A stretch of DNA of 64,000 bases. Origin: a candidate division WOR-3 bacterium UBA2258 (GTDB taxonomy: Bacteria; Hydrothermota; Tepidihabitantia; Tepidihabitantales; Tepidihabitantaceae). The stretch's first letter is position 1; each line of letters opens with the position of its first letter. Location of the stretch: NCBI GenBank assembly GCA_002347155.1, contig DDXO01000013.1, forward strand, positions 3,624 through 67,623, given 5' to 3'. The position numbers and the translations under genes are program-made. The notes beneath the pieces were generated by a model. The model was given only the letters and a program-made list of their open reading frames with translations, did not search any database and was not told the DNA's origin. This document shows positions 29,649-35,754 of this stretch, in pieces.

Positions 29649-29810
29649 AAATGACCAAGCTCGAATGACGAAACTTGAAATCCGATTGAAGCTCGAAACG
29701 CGGAGAATGACGAATTCGGTCATTCGGACTTCGGACTTGAATCGTCATTCGTGCTTCGGACTTCGAGTTTTGTACACGGCCAATAGTGCTTTTCTTCCCA
29801 GGAGGTATCA

Positions 29811-30953
29811 ATGGACCTGAGCTACACCAACGACCAGATGATGGTCCGTAACATGGCCAAGGAGTTCGCCACCAAAGAACTCGAACCCAGGGCGGCCGAA
29901 ATCGACGAAAAGGGGGAGTTCCCGCACGACACCATCAAAAAGATGGCCGAACTGGGCCTGCTCTCCATGACCATCCCGGAAAAGTACGGCGGCGCCGCGT
30001 TCGACTTCCTCTCGCTCGCCATCGCGGTCGAGGAAATCTCCCGCGGCTGCGGCTCCACCGGCGTCATCACCGCGGTCCACAACTCGCTCGTCTGCTGGCC
30101 CATTGCCAACTGGGGCACCGATATCCAGAAGGAGAAGTACCTGCCGAGGATGGCGACCGGCGAACTCTTAGGCGCGTTCGGCCTGACCGAACCCAATGCC
30201 GGCTCTGACCCGGCCGCGATGGAAACCACGGCCGTGCTCAAAGGCGACAAGTACATCCTCAACGGCTCCAAACGGTTCATCACCAACGGCGGAGTGGCCA
30301 AGGTCTTCATCGTCTTCGCCAAGACCGACCCGGCCGCGGGCACCAAGGGCATCACGGCCTTCATCGTTGACCGCGACGCCAAGGGCTTCTCGCTCGGCAA
30401 GCACGAGAACCTGCTCGGCCTGCGCGGCACCGCCAACTGCGAACTGATGTTCGACGACTGCGAGGTGCCGGTCGAGAACGTGCTCGGCGCCGTCGGCCAG
30501 GGCCTCAAAGTCGCGCTCGGCACCCTCGACGTCTCCCGCATCGACATCGGGGCCCAGGCGGTCGGCATTGCCCAGTCGGCCATGGAAAAGGCAATCGCCT
30601 ACTCCAAAGAACGGAAGCAGTTCGGCAAACCCATCTGCGACTTCCAGATGATACAGGGCAAGATTGCCGACATGGCCTGCCGGACCATGGCCTCGCGCCT
30701 GCTCGTCTACTACGCCGCGCACCAGAAAGACTCGGGCAAGACCCGGTTCAACCTCGAATCGGCCATGTGCAAACTCTTCGCGGCCGAGACCGCGGTCGCA
30801 GTCACCCGCGAAGCGATCCAGATCTATGGCGGGTACGGCTACACCAAAGACTACCCGGTCGAGCGCTACTTCCGCGACGCCAAGTGCATGGAAATCTACG
30901 AAGGCACCTCCGAAGTCCAGCGCATCGTCATCGCCCGCACCATGCTCGGCTGA
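29811..30953 (+). CDS. Acyl-CoA dehydrogenase (short/butyryl-chain type)
   Basis: 380 aa. Sequences GAFGLTEPNAGSDPAAMETTA and YEGTSEVQRIVIARTMLG. Confidence 0.85.
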   Translation: MDLSYTNDQMMVRNMAKEFATKELEPRAAEIDEKGEFPHDTIKKMAELGLLSMTIPEKYGGAAFDFLSLAIAVEEISRGCGSTGVITAVHNSLVCWPIANWGTDIQKEKYLPRMATGELLGAFGLTEPNAGSDPAAMETTAVLKGDKYILNGSKRFITNGGVAKVFIVFAKTDPAAGTKGITAFIVDRDAKGFSLGKHENLLGLRGTANCELMFDDCEVPVENVLGAVGQGLKVALGTLDVSRIDIGAQAVGIAQSAMEKAIAYSKERKQFGKPICDFQMIQGKIADMACRTMASRLLVYYAAHQKDSGKTRFNLESAMCKLFAAETAVAVTREAIQIYGGYGYTKDYPVERYFRDAKCMEIYEGTSEVQRIVIARTMLG

Positions 30954-31016
30954 GGTTCACTGCTCCACCAAGCGGAAGGCTTCACGCCTCCCGCTTCTCT
31001 TTCGCCCGCCCATGGC

Positions 31017-31049
31017 GCGGGCGGGAACCGGCAGCGGATTCCCGCCCGC
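31017..31049. terminator. Bidirectional hairpin GCGGGCGGGAA-(11 nt)-TTCCCGCCCGC between convergent genes
   Basis: 11-bp perfect inverted repeat between the acd stop (30953) and the minus-gene stop (31067). Confidence 0.4.
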
Positions 31050-31066
31050 ATCTGCAGACCGTGCCG

Positions 31067-31441
31067 TCACGGCCCGATGGGAGCTGCGACGTTGAAGACG
31101 TCCGTGCGGATAGCCTGGAGCACGGCCTCGGTCAGGCCGCGGGACTTCCACTTGGCAATCAGCGTTGCCGCCTCGATTGCCATCGTCTCGCCGGAGATGT
31201 CCTTGCGCAACAGCGCCCACATCTCCCGGCCGAAGCAGAGGTAGAACGGAAGCTGGATGGTCATAACACCGGCACCATCGCAGACCTGCTTCACCTGCAG
31301 CTCCATTGCCGCGAGCAACGACTGGACGTTCGTGACATGCTGTAGCATCACGGGGCGCTTTGCGGTCAGGATGGCGTTGATGCGTTCGAGGTTGTACTTC
31401 TCGTCCCAGTTCGCGACTCTTTTGACGGGGTCTATCGGCAT
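31067..31441 (-). CDS. Hypothetical protein (124 aa). Its last 16 codons lie on a repeat that also occurs at 16138-16190
   Basis: Start trimmed to MPIDPVKRVANWDEKYNL…. AT-rich TATATATATA tract upstream at 31545. No domain recognised. Confidence 0.45.
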   Translation of the reverse strand: MPIDPVKRVANWDEKYNLERINAILTAKRPVMLQHVTNVQSLLAAMELQVKQVCDGAGVMTIQLPFYLCFGREMWALLRKDISGETMAIEAATLIAKWKSRGLTEAVLQAIRTDVFNVAAPIGP

Positions 31442-31742
31442 GGTATCACCCCCTCTCGGCCGTGTTAGCGACGCCGGTCCCGCAATCGCTGCCCTTGCGT
31501 CCGGTTCTCCTGGCACGGTCATTGAGCTCTTCATTCTTGCTCTCATATATATATACGCTCACCCCCCCCCTCAAAATGACGTAAGAATCTTCATCTCCCG
31601 GGCGGTCGACCGACCCCCGACGCCCGGAATTCTGCTTTCTGCCTTCTGCCTTCTGCCTTCGTCTGACCCTCAAGAATGACCGTCCCCCCCACGGTCTGAT
31701 GCCGCCGGAGGGGCAATGGGGGGAATAGTCTCCAGAGTGCCT

Positions 31743-31970
31743 GTGTCCGTAACGGTGAGAGTACCCGTGACCGTAACGGTGAGAGTACCTGTGACCGTAA
31801 CGGTGTAAGTACCCGTGACCATAACGGTGAGAGCACCCGTGACCGTAACGGTGAGAGTACCTGTGACCATAACGGTGAGAGCACCCGTGACCGTAACGGT
31901 GAGAGTACCTGTGACCATAACGGTGAGAGCACCCGTGACCGTAACGGTGAGAGTACCTGTGTCCGTGCGC
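31743..31970. repeat. Tandem array of about 9.5 copies of a 24-bp unit GTGACCGTAACGGTGAGAGTACCY, with a 48-bp super-period
   Basis: Read directly from sequence. Variant units have CAT for CGT and GCACCC for GTACCC. One unit carries TAA. Confidence 0.85.
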
Positions 31971-32176
31971 GCCGACGAACTAACTTCGGCATTCGCTCCG
32001 ACCCGCACGCCGAACCGGACAACGGCTGCGCTTCTCGGCTTGACTGCGGGCAGATTCCGGGTAGCTTTCAGACATGAAGATAGGGTCTCTGCCGACCTCG
32101 ATGAAGACTCGAAGCGAGGAACCTTTCCGCCCTTGACTGACCTGGCATCAAGTAAAGTGCACCCGAAGCTCTCGAG

Positions 32177-32437
32177 ATGAAGCGAAGGAAGCTCCTGAGG
32201 CGACTGGCGTCCGGCGCGGTCAAGAACGTCGGCTTCGAAGACTTCGCCGGGCTGGTCAGAGCCTTCGGCTTCCTCCTCGTGCGAAAGAGCGGGAGCCACA
32301 ACATATACACTCGGCCGGACGTCGAGCAGCTCGTCAATCTTCAGGACGTGGACGGCCAGGCGAAGCCGTACCAGATACGGCAGTTCCTCCGGCTCGTGGA
32401 GAGGTACAATCTGTCTATGGAGGAAGAGAATGAGTGA
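32177..32437 (+). CDS. hicA: HicA-family type II toxin (YcfA-like)
   Basis: 86 aa; sequence …LLVRKSGSHNIYTRPDVEQLVNLQ…. Immediately followed by, and overlapping, a HicB-like gene. Confidence 0.6.
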   Translation: MKRRKLLRRLASGAVKNVGFEDFAGLVRAFGFLLVRKSGSHNIYTRPDVEQLVNLQDVDGQAKPYQIRQFLRLVERYNLSMEEENE

Positions 32438-32708
32438 CTATCACATCAACATCTTCTACAGCCAAGAAGACGGCGGATACGTCGCGGACATACCGGACCT
32501 CGATGCCTGCTCTGCGTTCGGGCGCACGCCGGAAGAAGCCCTGGCCCAGCTCGAAATCGCGAAGAAGGCCTGGTTGGAGGCGGCGCAGGAAGCCGGCAAG
32601 CCGGTTCCGCCTCCGCGCTACCGCCCGCTAATCTACCAGACCGCCAGGAACGAGGACGACGCCATGGCTCCCTGGGTCGCTCGCGACAAACCGCAGTCGG
32701 GCGAGTGA
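32430..32708 (+). CDS. hicB: HicB-family antitoxin (UPF0150)
   Basis: Sequence YHINIFYSQEDGGYVADIPDLDACSAFGRTPEEALAQLEIAKKAWLEAAQEAGKPVPPP matches the HicB/UPF0150 pattern. Confidence 0.7.
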   Translation: MSDYHINIFYSQEDGGYVADIPDLDACSAFGRTPEEALAQLEIAKKAWLEAAQEAGKPVPPPRYRPLIYQTARNEDDAMAPWVARDKPQSGE

Positions 32709-33076
32709 TACGCCTTGCATGTCGCCGCAAGCCGCGAGCCGTTAGCCGTAAGCTGTTAGCTGTTGGCCGCCCTGACGACTATCTCAGGAAGATGAAGCAG
32801 GACCTGGCCGAGGTCGAGGCCCAGGTTGAGGGTGAGACACGGTATGAACCGGACTCCGACTTCTCCCCTCCGCCCGACGACGCTGCATCGGCTTGACTCC
32901 GAGATCCACGGAACCGGAGGGAGTCTTACCACAAAGCCACCAAGACACAAAGGGGTCCGGTCGGATGTCGGATTGAATGCCCCTGCATCGGCTTGACTAC
33001 AATCGAATGTGACCTATCCTTGACGAGTGGAAACTGAGTCTCTACCGTTAATCACTGAGGCTCGAAACATGGCGAC

Positions 33077-33217
33077 TGTGGGGTTGTTGAAAAACCCCAT
33101 TCGTGTCACCCTGAACGAAGTGAAGGGTCTTCTAACTCTCGCAGAATCAACATCGCGAAGATTCTTCGCTGCGCTCAGAATGACAAGAGGCGGCTTCTTC
33201 AACAGCCCCACTGTCCC
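33077..33217. repeat. MITE-like or structured-RNA element with terminal inverted repeats, TGTGGGGYTGTTGAAAAA … TTCAACRGCCCCASTGTCCC; copy A
   Basis: The ends are reverse complements of each other. Second copy at 52068-52226 has the same ends and a divergent interior. Confidence 0.45.
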
Positions 33218-33228
33218 TCTTTTCCCCA

Positions 33229-33305
33229 TTTAAATGAACCGCGCCCTTCCGCGCATATTCCGAAAGCCCCACCGATTTGACATCCCCGCCCGCGAATCTA
33301 TCATG
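33229..33305 (+). promoter_or_regulatory. Conserved promoter module (TTAAATGAACCGCGCCCTTCCGCGC … CCGATTTGACATCCCCGCCCGCGA … TATCAT) that abuts or overlaps the start codon, implying a leaderless transcript
   Basis: Same upstream module as 1303-1378. -35 TTGACA at 33277-33282. The -10 sits at 33299-33304, on the first ATG (33303). A second ATG at 33312 would be the 5' end of a leaderless mRNA. Confidence 0.45.
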
Positions 33306-33761
33306 TCCGCGATGAGGTTCGGCGTTCTGCTGGGCGTTGTGTTTGTGGCGTGGGCAACGCTATCCGCGGGCTGCAGCCGCGGGCTCTCCTCCAGCCTCGC
33401 GCTCAAGCTCTACAGTAACCGGGTCATATACGATCTCGACGATTACTTCTCCGGCACTCTCACGTTCACAAACACCAGCGCCCAGCGAATTCGGGAGAGA
33501 TTCCCCACGGGCCGCCAGTACAACATAGCCTTCTACGACTCTCTCGGCATCGTCCGCAAGCTCTTCCCCGACATCGAGTTCCCGGCCATCACCTACCTCG
33601 ATCTTGAACCGTTCGCGACGCGTGTGGATACACTCGACTTTCCGCTCACGGACTATCCTGACACGATCCCGTTGGGCATTTACCGAGTTCGTGCGTGGGT
33701 TGAGGGTCACGAAGAGATCTACTCCGAGATAACGATTGGCGTATCCGGCACACAACGCTGA
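33303..33761 (+). CDS. Small lipoprotein of unknown function
   Basis: Lipobox …VAWATLSAGC. The true start may be the second ATG at 33312 if the transcript is leaderless. Confidence 0.5.
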   Translation: MSAMRFGVLLGVVFVAWATLSAGCSRGLSSSLALKLYSNRVIYDLDDYFSGTLTFTNTSAQRIRERFPTGRQYNIAFYDSLGIVRKLFPDIEFPAITYLDLEPFATRVDTLDFPLTDYPDTIPLGIYRVRAWVEGHEEIYSEITIGVSGTQR

Positions 33762-33769
33762 CTCCCCCC

Positions 33770-33803
33770 GCCGATTTGACATCCCCGGCTGCGATTCCTA
33801 GAA
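33770..33803 (+). promoter_or_regulatory. Promoter module CCGATTTGACATCCCCGGCTGCGATTCCTAGAAT; TTGACA-17-TAGAAT positions the transcription start at the ATG of 33811
   Basis: The -10 ends at 33803 and the ATG is at 33811, a leaderless arrangement. Confidence 0.45.
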
Positions 33804-33810
33804 TCCGGAC

Positions 33811-34326
33811 ATGAAGCGGTCCTCCACGAGGTGCACCGGGACCGGACGCGCCGCGCGGCTGGCCGGCACGGCTGTGCTGTTGCTCTGTGTCCCCTGCCTG
33901 TCCTTCGCCGGCACGACCTCCCGGCATCCCATTCGAGTCTCGGCAACCTACGGTGTGGGCGCGGGCAGTATAGGCTACGCCGGAGCCCTGGGCCTGTCCT
34001 TTCAGACCGGACATGACCTTTTCACCATGCACGCTGCCGGGACCGGAGTGCCGTTCGTCAACGCGGGGATGGGCGACATCGGGCTGCTCTACGGGCGGAG
34101 CTCGGCGGACCGCTATACGAACGCGTCGGTCTCGGCCGGGTTGGGTTACACGTCGGGGCGAGTCTACGGTCGAGATGTCCGGACCATCGGCATCCCGGTT
34201 GAGGCGAGCTTCACACTGCTGCCGTGCGCCTACGTCGGGCTCGGCATCGGCGTATTCGGGAATCTGAATCTCACGCTGCCGTTCTGCGGCGGCGTGCTCT
34301 TCCTCAAAGCGGGCAAGCTGCGCTAG
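33811..34326 (+). CDS. Secreted small protein, possibly beta-barrel or outer-membrane; unknown function
   Basis: Signal peptide AVLLLCVPCLSFAG. Gly-rich alternating hydrophobic pattern. C-terminal …LFLKAGKLR. Confidence 0.45.
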   Translation: MKRSSTRCTGTGRAARLAGTAVLLLCVPCLSFAGTTSRHPIRVSATYGVGAGSIGYAGALGLSFQTGHDLFTMHAAGTGVPFVNAGMGDIGLLYGRSSADRYTNASVSAGLGYTSGRVYGRDVRTIGIPVEASFTLLPCAYVGLGIGVFGNLNLTLPFCGGVLFLKAGKLR

Positions 34327-34598
34327 CCGTGAACTAGCCAGGCGGCTACGCCGCAGCTTCAAGCCCCAAGCCGTAAGCCGTAGGCCGTCGGCCCTCTCAG
34401 GTTCCCCGTGCATCCTCACTCCTCCGTCCTCACTCTTCCGTCTTCTGTTCCTATCCCCCGCCGATTTGACACCCCCGCCCATCCTCAGGCATCGCAGATT
34501 GGCCGCGGCTGCGCCACAAAGTTGAGGTCAAGGTTGAAGTTGAGGCTGAGAGCCGGAACTGAACTGCGTCGCAGCCCAAGCTCAAGCCCGGGCCCGAG

Positions 34599-35144
34599 TC
34601 AAGGCTGGGGTTTGACGGTCAGGGTGATGGCGTTGGACCAGGCGATGCCCTGCCAGGTGTCGAACCGGCGGCCGTAGTCTTTGACGCCGACCAGTTTCAG
34701 CCGGAACTGGAACGAAGCGACGTCGTCGGGAATCCAGACGCGCACGTCCCGGCTGACCGTGTAGCGCTCGTCCGGCTTCAGCAGCACCACGTCGGTTGAG
34801 TCGAGCCAGGCAGCGATGAGCGCGCGGCCGGGCCATTCTACCTGCAGAGGAGGGACCAGGGACTGGGGACTAGGGACTGGGGACTGGGGACTTCGAACGA
34901 GAAGCGAGGGACGAAGGAGGTGGTAGAAGACGAGCTGTTCCTTCCAGTCCCGTTTGATGAGGAGGTCGCGGTCGCTGGTGTTGGTCGCGGTGATGGCAAG
35001 GCGGAAGGTGTCACCGGCGTGGAAGACCTTCTTGTTGGACGTGATGCGGACGGCAATCGGGCCGTCGTGGTAGACACCACGCCACTGCGCAGCCATTGCA
35101 AACTGCAGAATGCAGAATGCAAATGTCAAAATGACGCCCGACAC
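34599..35144 (-). CDS. Hypothetical secreted protein. Start uncertain (GTG 35144 or ATG 35192). Contains a GGGGACT heptamer microsatellite
   Basis: Hydrophobic signal-like segment VILTFAFCILQFAMAA. A 7-bp x5.5 repeat at 34862-34902 encodes SPQSPVPSPQSLVP. Confidence 0.3.
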   Translation of the reverse strand: MSGVILTFAFCILQFAMAAQWRGVYHDGPIAVRITSNKKVFHAGDTFRLAITATNTSDRDLLIKRDWKEQLVFYHLLRPSLLVRSPQSPVPSPQSLVPPLQVEWPGRALIAAWLDSTDVVLLKPDERYTVSRDVRVWIPDDVASFQFRLKLVGVKDYGRRFDTWQGIAWSNAITLTVKPQP

Positions 35145-35181
35145 TCGACCACTGGACCACTTGACCACCGGACCACTCTCC

Positions 35182-35667
35182 TCAGTCCACATCGATGGAT
35201 TCGATGACGAGTTCCTGGCCGGAGACGACCTCGCCGCCGGCGTTGCACTTGCACATGCCTTCGAGGATGTGGTCAAGTGGTCCAGTGGTCGAGTCGTCAG
35301 ATGGTTCGGGACACGATTCCGGAAAACCAGGGGACAGTCCCTCGGAGCGCCTGCGTCCGACATGCCCGGGGCATCGTAGGAACGAGCGGCGCGGGACAGT
35401 CCCCGTTTTCCGGTCAATGCCCGCGCCCCACTCGGCGCCGCATTTGGGGCAGCGGATACGCAGGGGGACCCGCTCGAACTCGAGTTCGGCCTCGGCTGCC
35501 GGGGTGTCTCTCTTCATCTGGTCGAAGTAGAACCGGACGCAGTCCGGCACCACTCCCCCGCCTTCGCCCAAGAGCAGCCGGATTCGGTTTATGCGCTTCG
35601 CGCCGTGCTTCTCCGCCTCGGCGAGCGCCTGGGCGAGCATCGACTGGGTGATAGAGAGTTCATGCAC
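35182..35667 (-). CDS. hypA: Hydrogenase nickel-insertion protein HypA homologue, carrying an in-frame insertion of about 45 residues between its two zinc-finger CxxC pairs
   Basis: Canonical N-terminus MHELSITQSMLAQALAEAEKHGAKRI…RIRLLLGE and CPKCG … CKCNAGGEVVSGQELVIESIDVD. The insertion corresponds to MITE copy 35319-35413 plus GACCACT-type repeats. Confidence 0.55.
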   Translation of the reverse strand: MHELSITQSMLAQALAEAEKHGAKRINRIRLLLGEGGGVVPDCVRFYFDQMKRDTPAAEAELEFERVPLRIRCPKCGAEWGAGIDRKTGTVPRRSFLRCPGHVGRRRSEGLSPGFPESCPEPSDDSTTGPLDHILEGMCKCNAGGEVVSGQELVIESIDVD

Positions 35668-35754
35668 GCGGCAGGAAGTGATCCAGTGGTCAAGTGATCA
35701 TGTGACCCAGTGAGGAAGCCGAGTCCGGCACTGAACCACTGGGGCACTTGACCA

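Noticed and set aside
31743-31970. Possible CRISPR array
   Set aside because: The 24-bp units are directly contiguous with no unique spacers and no cas genes nearby. It is a minisatellite, not CRISPR.
31670-32299. 209-aa minus-strand ORF encoding TGTLTVTVTG repeats
   Set aside because: Its 5' 120 nt overlap the well-supported hicA on the opposite strand. It is just the tandem array read in another frame.
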